From Pseudomonadales bacterium (GTDB lineage: Bacteria > Pseudomonadota > Gammaproteobacteria > Pseudomonadales > JAHRWD01), in NCBI GenBank assembly GCA_029210125.1, contig JARGPR010000002.1, forward strand, positions 18,919 to 82,918: DNA of 64,000 nt, read 5' to 3'. The translations under genes and the position numbers were made by a program. Below are positions 36,611 to 45,343 of this stretch, piece by piece; the stretch's first letter is position 1; each line of letters begins with the position of its first letter. The notes beneath the pieces are model-generated. The model ran no database searches. It was given only the letters and a program-made list of their open reading frames with translations, and was not told the origin of the DNA.

Positions 36611-39576
36611 ATAAATATCGCCGGTATTTATTCATTTGCCTGATGGGCCTTTCAGCGTGCTCAGTATTCGAGCGCAAACAGGAGGTCACTACCGATACCC
36701 TTGCCAGTCTATTGCTACAAAATGCGAGCCCGCAGACAGATGCACCGCAATTACCAGTAAAATTGCCCAGATCGCAGCCGCTGCCCGTAACCACACACGA
36801 GGATATTGTTACTAACTATCAACGACTCCTGACACTGGCAAAGGACCCGTTGGTCATTGTTAATATGCAGCAGCGGCTGGCCGAGCTTGAGATGATAAAA
36901 AGTGAACAACTGGATTCAAATCTGGAAATTCAAGACACCAAATCATCTGAGCAGAAAAGCACGATTGAACCCAGTAAACACCCATCAAACAGTCTGGCTA
37001 AAGTGGCTACGCCATCGGCCCCACTTACACCGTCTGACAAGCCCTACGACAGCAGTTTTTACACCAAAACCATCGAAGCCTATGTCGCACTGCTGGATAC
37101 CTACCCAGACCGGCCTGACAACGATGAAATACTATATCAGCTCTCAAAAGCCTATGAACTGGACACCCAGCTTGAAGAGGCAATCGAAACCCTTACTCGG
37201 CTAACCGAGAACTTCCCGGATTCGAAACATTGGGTCGAAGCACAATTTCGTATCGCCGAATTTTTATTTTCTGATCTGCAATACCATCGGGCAGAACAGG
37301 CCTACCTATCGGTAGTGGAGAACGAAAACACTTCGAGCATGTATCAAAATTCGCTCTACATGCTAGGCTGGAGTCGCTTCAAACAGGAGCATTTTGATTC
37401 GGCCCTCGAAGCTTTCATTTCATTTCTGGATCATCGTTTTACAGGCCAGATACCCCCCGCTTCAATTGATCCAAACAAACAACAACAGCTAAGCGATGTA
37501 CTCAGAGTCATGAGCTGGATTTTCACTGAGCGAGGTGGGCCAAAATCTATTGCCAGCCTGTTGAATAATACCCGTGCGCGGGCCTATGAGCATCTCCTGT
37601 ACAGTCGCTTAGCAGGGGAATATCTGGCCAAGAGCCGCTATATCGACGCAGCCAATAGCTACCAGGCATACATTGAAAAACATCCGGCTAATCAATACGC
37701 TGCCATCTATTCCGGTTTAAAAGTGGATGCCTATCTGAGCGGTTCTTTTTTGGAGTTAGCGTTTAGGGAAAAAATCTCCTTTGTCGCCAAATATGGTTTT
37801 GTAGCCGCCACTCAAGCCATAAACCCAGGAGTGGGCAACGGACAGGAAGATACCCAAACCAGACTTAAGCAATATGTGCACGAACTGGCTACCCATTACC
37901 ATGCGTTGGCCCAAAAGACGGATGATAAACAAAAAAGTAACGCTCATTATTTGCAAGCCATAAATTACTATCAACAGTTCGTTAGGTTATTCCCATCGGA
38001 TCAGGCCACACCTGCCGCCTACTACTATTTGGCTGAAACACTCAATAAAACAGGCCAGTACCCTCTAGCGATACAGGCCTATGAGCAATCGGCCTATCAA
38101 TACCCGGCCGAAGAACATTCCGCCAATGCTGGTTACGGCGCGATTCATAGTTATAGAAAGCTGTTGGCATCGATACCAAAAGAACAGGAGACGCAGCGCG
38201 AGCAAATCAGCAATCAAAAAATTGAATCACAGATTCGGTTTACTGAAAAATTCAGCGATGATGCCCGAGTTGCTGCGGTACTGACTAAAACCATCGAAGA
38301 ATTATTTTCAAAAAATAGCTACCAGTCAGCAATCGATACCGCAACGCGATTGTTCTCATTACCTCAAGAAAGAACTACGCGATCACAGCTAGATATTTCA
38401 CGTAGAGTTGTCGCCCACAGCTTGTTCGAACTGAAAAATTATCCCGAAGCAGAAATCGCTTACCTTAACTTAAGAGAAGTTAGCACACCCAAAAGCAGAG
38501 ATTACAAAACTCTCAATGAGCGCTTTGCAGCATCGATATATAAGCAGGCTGAACAGGCAATGGCGCTAGAAGAACCCCAGCGGGCAATCCATCATTTTAT
38601 GAGGATCATTAAGCTCGCACCGGACTCAACCATCCGTACCTCGGCTCAGTACGATGCAATTGTGCAAATGGTCGCAACCAAACAGTGGGCAGCGGCAACC
38701 GATCAAATAGTGGATTTTCGCAGACGCTTCCCAAAAAGCTCACTCAATGCCAATACCCCTCATTTACTGATCACCGCTTTACAAAAGCTTGAACGCTGGC
38801 CTGATGCGGCGGATGAACTGGTTAAACTTTCTATATCATCGGAACTGGCGGATGAAAAACGCACGACACTATTTTTGGCAGCCCAGACCTATGAGAAAGC
38901 AAAAGACATCGCTCAGTCGATTCGCTATTACAAAAAATATGCCCACGCATACCCAATGCCACTGGATGACGCACTGGAATCACGACATAGGCTGGAACAG
39001 CTTTACTTGGCAATGGGGGAAGATTCGAAAAGGCGCTACTGGCTAAACAAGATTATCAAATTAGACAGTTCAGCGAAGACAACCGAACGAACTGATCGCT
39101 CTCGATATTTGGCCGCACAGGCATCACTGGTGTTTGCTGAAGATGCACGGATTGGTTTTGAACAAATTAGACTCAAGTTGCCGATCAACAAATCCCTCAG
39201 CAAAAAGAAAAAATCTTTCGATAAAGCAATCAATCGATATAACCGAGTATTGAGTTATCAGATTGCAGAATTCACGACCGTAGCCAACTTTAAAATGGGC
39301 GCTATTTACCAGCAATTAAGCGCTGATTTAATCGACTCGCAAAGGCCAGCGAATCTTAATGAACTTGAGCTGGAGCAGTATGAAATGTTGCTTGAAGAAC
39401 AGGCTTATCCCTTCGAGGAGGAAGCGATCGCCATTCACGAAACCAATGCCCAGCGATCCTGGATCGGCATCTACGATAAGGGGGTTCAACGCAGTTTTGA
39501 TTCATTGTCCGAGCTACTGCCCGCCCGCTATAACAAACATGAGGCAGTCATAATTTACAGCGATGAAATTCTTTAA
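36607..39576 (+). CDS. large TPR-repeat lipoprotein
   Basis: 989 aa. Lipobox 'LMGLSACS' and many TPR/YbgF-like repeats (e.g. 'YQLSKAYELDTQLEEAIETLTRLTENFPDS'). ATGA overlap with the upstream gene. Confidence 0.75.
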   Translation: MNKYRRYLFICLMGLSACSVFERKQEVTTDTLASLLLQNASPQTDAPQLPVKLPRSQPLPVTTHEDIVTNYQRLLTLAKDPLVIVNMQQRLAELEMIKSEQLDSNLEIQDTKSSEQKSTIEPSKHPSNSLAKVATPSAPLTPSDKPYDSSFYTKTIEAYVALLDTYPDRPDNDEILYQLSKAYELDTQLEEAIETLTRLTENFPDSKHWVEAQFRIAEFLFSDLQYHRAEQAYLSVVENENTSSMYQNSLYMLGWSRFKQEHFDSALEAFISFLDHRFTGQIPPASIDPNKQQQLSDVLRVMSWIFTERGGPKSIASLLNNTRARAYEHLLYSRLAGEYLAKSRYIDAANSYQAYIEKHPANQYAAIYSGLKVDAYLSGSFLELAFREKISFVAKYGFVAATQAINPGVGNGQEDTQTRLKQYVHELATHYHALAQKTDDKQKSNAHYLQAINYYQQFVRLFPSDQATPAAYYYLAETLNKTGQYPLAIQAYEQSAYQYPAEEHSANAGYGAIHSYRKLLASIPKEQETQREQISNQKIESQIRFTEKFSDDARVAAVLTKTIEELFSKNSYQSAIDTATRLFSLPQERTTRSQLDISRRVVAHSLFELKNYPEAEIAYLNLREVSTPKSRDYKTLNERFAASIYKQAEQAMALEEPQRAIHHFMRIIKLAPDSTIRTSAQYDAIVQMVATKQWAAATDQIVDFRRRFPKSSLNANTPHLLITALQKLERWPDAADELVKLSISSELADEKRTTLFLAAQTYEKAKDIAQSIRYYKKYAHAYPMPLDDALESRHRLEQLYLAMGEDSKRRYWLNKIIKLDSSAKTTERTDRSRYLAAQASLVFAEDARIGFEQIRLKLPINKSLSKKKKSFDKAINRYNRVLSYQIAEFTTVANFKMGAIYQQLSADLIDSQRPANLNELELEQYEMLLEEQAYPFEEEAIAIHETNAQRSWIGIYDKGVQRSFDSLSELLPARYNKHEAVIIYSDEIL

Positions 39577-40270
39577 TTATCTTCTAAATTGCCTTAAAAA
39601 CTGCTTTATAAGTAGTCGCTCCACTAACCGAGCCACGGCTACTGTAGCGACTACCATGACTCTAGTTCTGGCCGCTTGCACTGCCCAACAGCAGCAACCT
39701 GATATGCCAACCTCAAGTAATACGGCTGGTAATGTAGAAAGGGCTATTCCCAAAGCACTTAAAACACGATACCAAACCGCTATAACGCAGTTACAAAATG
39801 AACAAATCGAACTAGCATCCCAGGGATTTCGTGCCTTAACTATTGATTATCCCACCTACTCCGGAGCCTACATAAACCTTGGCCTCATTGAGTTGAAAAG
39901 AAAACAAACCGACGAAGCCGAAAACCTATTTAGACAGGCTATATCAGTAAACCCAGAAAGTTTTTCCGGTCATCATCAGCTTGCAATTTTATATCGGAAA
40001 AAAGGCCAGTTCGACCAGGCTGAGAGTCACTATTTACACGCCATAAAAATTGATCCGAGCAGCCCCGAAGTTCATCGAAACCTGGCGATTTTATACGACC
40101 TATATATGGGAAAGCTGACTCAGGCCCTGACACTTTATCAGACTTATCAAAGCCTGCTGCCTGAACCAGACCCTGTATTAAAGGGCTGGATTATTGACAT
40201 AAAAAATCGAATCAAAGCTCAAAACAAAAACCCTGATAAAAATATAGATAGTGCAATCACAGAAAACTAA
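39563..40270 (+). CDS. TPR-repeat lipoprotein
   Basis: 235 aa. Lipobox 'LVLAACT' and three to four canonical TPRs ('AYINLGLIELKRKQTDEAENLFRQAISVNPES...'). 14-nt overlap with the upstream gene. Confidence 0.75.
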   Translation: MKFFNYLLNCLKNCFISSRSTNRATATVATTMTLVLAACTAQQQQPDMPTSSNTAGNVERAIPKALKTRYQTAITQLQNEQIELASQGFRALTIDYPTYSGAYINLGLIELKRKQTDEAENLFRQAISVNPESFSGHHQLAILYRKKGQFDQAESHYLHAIKIDPSSPEVHRNLAILYDLYMGKLTQALTLYQTYQSLLPEPDPVLKGWIIDIKNRIKAQNKNPDKNIDSAITEN

Positions 40271-40340
40271 TTAGCCGCTTTTCATTCGCACCCACATCTC
40301 TTCAAAAGTAGATATGGACTCAAAACCAGGACATTTCAAT

Positions 40341-40649
40341 ATGCGCTCCCTACCCCTAGCCAGCTTCCTGATCTTCGCTTTTACTCTGATGTTCGGCAGC
40401 CAAGCATTGATTGCCGAAGAAAAGCTAATACAGCTCGAAAGCTCAAAAATCCTTGGTAATGAAGAGCAGCCCGGAATTATGTATATCGTGCCCTGGGGAC
40501 AGCCCAAAAGGTCGGATTTTTTATCGGAGTCGACGGTTCCGATCGTAAACATTGACGCAGTTCTCAAACCTGTCACCCCTCAGTCCATAGCTCGAGAATT
40601 GAACTATTATAAAAAAGTACAACTTTTGAGCAGCGCAAAATCCCGTTGA
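40341..40649 (+). CDS. small exported hypothetical protein
   Basis: 102 aa starting at ATG 40341. Signal peptide 'MRSLPLASFLIFAFTLMFGSQALIA'. No family recognised. Confidence 0.5.
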   Translation: MRSLPLASFLIFAFTLMFGSQALIAEEKLIQLESSKILGNEEQPGIMYIVPWGQPKRSDFLSESTVPIVNIDAVLKPVTPQSIARELNYYKKVQLLSSAKSR

Positions 40650-40686
40650 TTGGTAGCTGCCTTATAACTTTTTCGAGACTTTGGCT

Positions 40687-41355
40687 ATGGATATCTACAA
40701 TACAATTGTGCGGTTTTTTCAAGATGGAGGGCTTTTTATGTATCCCATCGCGGTGGTGCTGACCTTTGGGCTTGCCATTGCGTTAGAGCGCTATCTATTT
40801 TTGACCAAAGCAAAGATCACAAATCGAAAGGCATTCAACGAGCTGATGCCATTACTGAAAAAAAAGGAATATAACACTGCCCATCAAGTAGCGCGTTCGA
40901 TTAAAGCACCCCTCGCCGACATCATCGCCGCGGGTCTATTCCGAACCACCCAAAGTCCAAGACGCGAAGATGTAGAATATGCAATGGAAGAGAGTGTAAT
41001 GGAGGCGTTACCACCACTTGAAAAGCGTACCCAATACCTCGCAACCCTGGCCAACGTCGCAACCTTACTAGGTTTGCTTGGCACCATCATCGGCCTAATT
41101 GCAGCATTTACTGCGGTGGCCAATGCCGACCCATCGGAAAAAGCATCGCTACTATCCCAAAGTATCTCGGTCGCCATGAACACCACTGCCTTTGGACTCA
41201 TTACGGCTATTCCACTGTTACTAACCCACGCGCTCCTTCAAACTAAAACGGCCGAAATTGTCGATGGCTTTGAAATGGCGGGAGTCAAGTTCATGAATAT
41301 CCTCTCGGGTACTCGTATCACTCCAGCTCAAACTCGCACTACTGACAACAGCTAA
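40687..41355 (+). CDS. MotA/TolQ/ExbB-family proton channel subunit
   Basis: Three TMS. 'LATLANVATLLGLLGTIIGLIAAF' and 'ISVAMNTTAFGLITAIPLLL' are typical of TolQ/ExbB. Confidence 0.9.
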   Translation: MDIYNTIVRFFQDGGLFMYPIAVVLTFGLAIALERYLFLTKAKITNRKAFNELMPLLKKKEYNTAHQVARSIKAPLADIIAAGLFRTTQSPRREDVEYAMEESVMEALPPLEKRTQYLATLANVATLLGLLGTIIGLIAAFTAVANADPSEKASLLSQSISVAMNTTAFGLITAIPLLLTHALLQTKTAEIVDGFEMAGVKFMNILSGTRITPAQTRTTDNS

Positions 41356-41891
41356 TGTTTACTACAAAACAAAATCGCCATGATCGACATCAGGATGCGG
41401 AGCTCGATATTACTGCGTTCATGAACCTGATGATCGTATTGGTACCGGTATTGTTGCTCGGTATGGTATTTTCTCAAATTACCGTGATTGAGTTAAAACT
41501 GCCCCGCTCTGCTATAGCTGCAGAACAAGCCGGTGAAGAACGCCAGCTAGAAGTGGTGATCCTTACAGATGCGCTCCGAGTAAACTATCCCGAAGGCGTG
41601 TTGCTTCGTGAAATTCCCAAAAAAGATGGAGTTCAGGATGTAAAAACATTATCTATATTTCTACAGCAGGTAAAACGGCAACTCAGCGAAAAAGGCATTC
41701 AAAAAAAGAATATTTCCCTGTTGTCGATGGAATCCACGACCTATCAGGAAATTGTATCGGTCATGGATAGCGTACGTTCCTTTCAAGCGGTTATAGCCGC
41801 GTCTGTGGTAAATGCAGAGCTATTCCCTGAGATAGCCCTGGGCGATGCACCTTCTGAATTACCCCATATAGCGAGTTCAAATACCCCGTGA
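41355..41891 (+). CDS. ExbD/TolR-family protein 1
   Basis: 'LDITAFMNLMIVLVPVLLL' N-terminal TM signature followed by a periplasmic domain. TAATG coupling to the ExbB-like gene. Confidence 0.85.
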   Translation: MFTTKQNRHDRHQDAELDITAFMNLMIVLVPVLLLGMVFSQITVIELKLPRSAIAAEQAGEERQLEVVILTDALRVNYPEGVLLREIPKKDGVQDVKTLSIFLQQVKRQLSEKGIQKKNISLLSMESTTYQEIVSVMDSVRSFQAVIAASVVNAELFPEIALGDAPSELPHIASSNTP

Positions 41892-42400
41892 AACAATCAG
41901 TTCGCGCCAAAAGGATGAATAAACGACTGCGTAAAATGAAAGGCAGTCCAACGCTCAACCTGGTCTCATTGATGGATATTTTTACCATTCTGGTTTTCTT
42001 TTTGATGGTCAATTCATCAGATGTCGAGATACTTCAGCAGAATGACTCGATCAAATTACCGGAATCCGTCGCAGAACGTAGACCGAGAGAAAACATCATG
42101 ATTCTAGTCAATGATAAGGAGATCATTGTGCAGGGACGCAAGGTAGTCAACGTCGATGAAATCAGCAGACGCGATGAAACGATCGCAGCACTGACCAGCG
42201 AGCTGAGCCATCATGCTTCACGCTCAACAGTTACCAATCAAGACACACCAGAACATGCGGTCACCATCATGGGTAATCACAACATACCCTATCAGCTATT
42301 AAAACAGGTCATGACAACCTGCGCTGACGCGAATTACACCGACATCTCTCTAGCGGTCACCAAAACCGCGAACAAATCATCCGTCGCGCCCGAGGTATAA
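41888..42400 (+). CDS. ExbD/TolR-family protein 2
   Basis: 'LNLVSLMDIFTILVFFLMV' signature. A GTG start overlaps the upstream TGA (GTGA). An in-frame ATG 9 codons downstream (41915) is an alternative start. Confidence 0.85.
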   Translation: MKQSVRAKRMNKRLRKMKGSPTLNLVSLMDIFTILVFFLMVNSSDVEILQQNDSIKLPESVAERRPRENIMILVNDKEIIVQGRKVVNVDEISRRDETIAALTSELSHHASRSTVTNQDTPEHAVTIMGNHNIPYQLLKQVMTTCADANYTDISLAVTKTANKSSVAPEV

Positions 42401-42404
42401 CACC

Positions 42405-43364
42405 TTGTCAACTAGCGCTTATTCACACGAAACATCTATGTCATGGTCCTCAACCGCCGGCGGTGACCCCCAGTTTCGCAAAATACTGATCGGACTATTT
42501 GTTCTGTTACTGGCGATCAGTATCGTAATCCCGCTTGTGAGCGTCCCCGAAATAAAACGTGAACAGGCCGAAAAACTACCGGAGCATCTCGCACGAGTCA
42601 TTATCAAACGAAAAAAACTGGCACCACCCCCCCCACCAAAGGTTGTAGCCAAGAAACCGGATGAAAAACCCAAAAAGCTAAAAGAGATCAAACCAAAAGA
42701 AGCTCCCATAAAGAAAGTAGAAACCGTTAAAAAAGTAGCTAAACCTGTACAGACGGTAGCTCAGGCTAAAAAGAAAGCCGCCACATCGGGCCTGTTGGCT
42801 TTTCAGGATGACCTGCTGGCGATGCGCCAACAAATTAAGCCATCGCAGCTTTCCAATCAACGCTTGAGCAATTCCGGAGCCAAAGTTGCTAAAAAAACAC
42901 GCACTTTAATTGGTGCAAAACAACTGAAAGGCAGCGGTGGCATTCGTACAGCCAATCTGAGTCGCGATACGGGTCATACTTCGCTTTCTGCACACCAAAG
43001 CACCGAGATGGTAAGTGAGATTCAATCTTCGAACGCAAGTCAACTTGCTAAAAATGAACTTGAGGATGCGATTAAGTCTAGAAGTATTGAAGAAGTCAGA
43101 AGAATATTTGATCGTAACAAGGGCGCGATCTACGCACTGTACAACAGAGCCATTCGAAAAAATCCAGGCCTTCAGGGCAAAGTAGTACTGGAGCTTGTAA
43201 TTGAACCTTCAGGGATTGTATCTACCTGTCAAATTGTCAGCAGCGAGCTAAACCACAAAAAACTTGAACGCAAACTCATCACTCGAATCAAGATGTTTTC
43301 ATTCGGTGAAAAGGATGTCAGTGTGACGCGAGTAAATTACCCTATCGAATTTTTGCCATCGTAA
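42405..43364 (+). CDS. TonB-like energy-transducer protein with an AgmX/PglI-type C-terminal domain
   Basis: Single TM 'ILIGLFVLLLAISIVIPLV', a Lys/Pro-rich linker ('KKLAPPPPPKVVAKKPDEKPKK') and a TonB_C-like end 'LQGKVVLELVIEPSGIVSTCQIVSS...VNYPIEF'. The start (TTG 42405 or ATG 42438) is uncertain. Confidence 0.7.
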   Translation: MSTSAYSHETSMSWSSTAGGDPQFRKILIGLFVLLLAISIVIPLVSVPEIKREQAEKLPEHLARVIIKRKKLAPPPPPKVVAKKPDEKPKKLKEIKPKEAPIKKVETVKKVAKPVQTVAQAKKKAATSGLLAFQDDLLAMRQQIKPSQLSNQRLSNSGAKVAKKTRTLIGAKQLKGSGGIRTANLSRDTGHTSLSAHQSTEMVSEIQSSNASQLAKNELEDAIKSRSIEEVRRIFDRNKGAIYALYNRAIRKNPGLQGKVVLELVIEPSGIVSTCQIVSSELNHKKLERKLITRIKMFSFGEKDVSVTRVNYPIEFLPS

Positions 43365-43398
43365 CTTTATTAATAACTCTCTTAACAACTTCTCAAAT

Positions 43399-43450
43399 AA
43401 AAAAGGGGTGGTGAATTCAACAATATGCTGAATTCACCACCCCTTCTTAT
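43399..43450. terminator. strong bidirectional rho-independent terminator
   Basis: AAGGGGTGGTGAATTC (43403-43418) and GAATTCACCACCCCTT (43430-43445) form a perfect 16-bp stem. It is flanked by an A-run upstream and a T-rich stretch downstream, between convergent genes. Confidence 0.85.
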
Positions 43451-43483
43451 TTAGTATTTCAGCCGCTACTTGATCCGCTATTT

Positions 43484-43876
43484 TCACAGCAGCTTCATCA
43501 CCAGCGCGACGCACAGCGCTAACCCGAAAACATAGGTTCCCAGCGCACCAAGCAACCTCATTGGGTTGGGTTTGGCCATTGTTTCTGGAAAAATCAGACC
43601 AGCAACAATTAGATACCGGGAAAAGGTCACCAAACCCATACTCCAGATCACCCATGTTGATGGATAGGTGGTGCCTAATACAAAAATCAGAATCGCCAGC
43701 ATCGGCGCAAATTCAACCGTATTACCGTGGGCGCGCATTGCTTTATTGAGTACATTATCCGGGGCGTCGATACCTCCAGTAATGGTCTCTGTTTTACCTC
43801 GACAGATCGAAACGTATAAACCTAGAACAAGGACTAAAAAACCTAACAACGCAATACATATCAATGCTACCTTCAT
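43484..43876 (-). CDS. MAPEG-family membrane protein (YecN-like)
   Basis: 130 aa from ATG 43876. 'MRAHGNTVEFAPMLAILIF' matches the MAPEG 'R.H.N..E..P' motif. The 188-aa track ORF is an upstream extension. Confidence 0.75.
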   Translation of the reverse strand: MKVALICIALLGFLVLVLGLYVSICRGKTETITGGIDAPDNVLNKAMRAHGNTVEFAPMLAILIFVLGTTYPSTWVIWSMGLVTFSRYLIVAGLIFPETMAKPNPMRLLGALGTYVFGLALCVALVMKLL

Positions 43877-44632
43877 ACTGTCACCTTTTATTATTTGTCG
43901 CAGTTTCGGATAATAATTGCATTTGGTCAGGGGGAAGCTCACTGCTAGAGTCGGCGCTTCGCGCGACCAAAAGATAAAGCTCCGATGAGCTATAACCAGC
44001 CGGCCGAGAGCGAACGATACCAGATTTACAGCCGGAAAAAAGCCAGACATTCACAGGTAGACATTCCTCTACCATCAGTCGAGGGCTATGCCGCAACACT
44101 GGTCTGAGTGGTTACCGCCCCGAGCAGCCACAAAAGCAGCCGGATGTCCGGCGTCATACACTTTATCGATAGTCTCTTTATGCCTTGTACAAAAGGGGAT
44201 CGTCCTGATGCTTTACTACAAGGTGCAAGCAACCTCGCCTTCCTTGAGCTATTTAGCCAGAGTACAGACGATGGCGTCTTCACCGTAGAATACTGCGCAA
44301 CCGGCCGTTTGCGGACTCGTGGAAAGTGAAAAGGATGTATTGCCGATCCATAATTCGATTCATCAACAGAAGGTGTGAATCAATCGGTTACAGCAATCGC
44401 CCCGTAGATAAACCCAGAATAAAAATACCAGCGACAAATGGTATCGACGCTACAGCTGTTAGGTGCCGGATGACTGGGAGTGTTTTGTTTCGATACCGCA
44501 GCCCATGAAAAATGGGATGCCATTTTCTGGTAAGTTCGCTTGATTTTTGAGACGGTACCTGAGGTTCCCCAATAAAACGGATGATTTAATTATTCATCGA
44601 TTTATGTTCAAACTATACGGGTGTTGCGCAGA

Positions 44633-44809
44633 CTAGAAACGTATCTCGCCTCTTTTACTCATGCTGCAACGTAAGCCATTTTCCCTGAGTTGTTGCTGAT
44701 AAGTGCAGGATGCGTAAGTACTGCCCTGATCTGAATGCAGGATCACATTAAATGCCTCGAGCTTAAACTCATTGGAGTAAGTTTTGTAGGGCTTTCTTTT
44801 TGATGTCAT
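44633..44809 (-). pseudogene. internally deleted IS3-family transposase relic
   Basis: A 58-codon ORF, MTSKRKPYKTYSNEFKLEA|FNVILHSDQGSTYASCTYQQQLRENGLRCSMSKRGEIRF*. It joins an OrfA-type N-terminus directly to the 'HSDQGSxY...SMSxxG' part of the OrfB DDE core, then stops. Confidence 0.65.
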
Positions 44810-44879
44810 TAGAACACTCCTTTTAAAAGCAATCGCCTCTCGCTAAAAAGCGTCCGTTGAACTGGGGGAGGTTCAGTCA
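44810..44879 (-). mobile_element. putative left end of the IS3-family relic
   Basis: On the minus strand, TGACTGAACCTCCCCCAGTTCAACGG starts at 44879, about 70 nt upstream of the orfA-like ATG. It begins with the TG typical of IS3-family terminal repeats. I could not find the partner end. Confidence 0.35.
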
Positions 44880-44983
44880 AAGGTGAGCTAATATTTTTTG
44901 CCTTGTTCTGCTTCTGATCATCCTTGGATTCAAATAAGTGTGTTTCACCTAAAGCAGCTATTTAGATGTAATTTGCATATGAT

Positions 44984-45304
44984 TTATAGCGTATCAAAAC
45001 TGCCCGCTGTTAAAACCGGTAATATCCAGTAGCGCACGGCTGCACTTGCACATACTGGCTTGAGCGCCGTTAGAACAGTTGCTGTTTCATCACTGTCCAG
45101 GAATATTTCAAAGCGGTGAAATTTCCGATAGCCTTCCACTTGTTCCCGAATATCGAACTGACTATGTTCACGGCTGTAGCCGTTAATTTCGCTAAGGCTA
45201 AAACCAGATAATTGTGATAATCCCATCAGTTGATCAACAATATCATCTTTAATTTCATTTGGCGCAATGAGTATCAATTGCTCGCTTTTACTTTTATTTA
45301 TCAT
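44984..45304 (-). CDS. small PII-like protein (DUF3240 type) downstream of the CzcA-like gene
   Basis: 106-aa ORF directly after the HME-RND pump gene. The size and position fit the DUF3240 family. Assigned from memory of that family. Confidence 0.55.
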   Translation of the reverse strand: MINKSKSEQLILIAPNEIKDDIVDQLMGLSQLSGFSLSEINGYSREHSQFDIREQVEGYRKFHRFEIFLDSDETATVLTALKPVCASAAVRYWILPVLTAGSFDTL

Positions 45305-45343
45305 GCTTATTTTCCAATCATATTCCGTTCGTGTGGCTTTTGG

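Noticed and set aside
44388-44585. A 65-codon minus-strand frame ends in a TM-like tail ('AVASIPFVAGIFILGLSTGRLL').
   Set aside because: It has no ATG/GTG/TTG start and no RBS, and it sits in decayed DNA next to the IS relic. I treated it as a possible gene remnant and did not call it as a feature.
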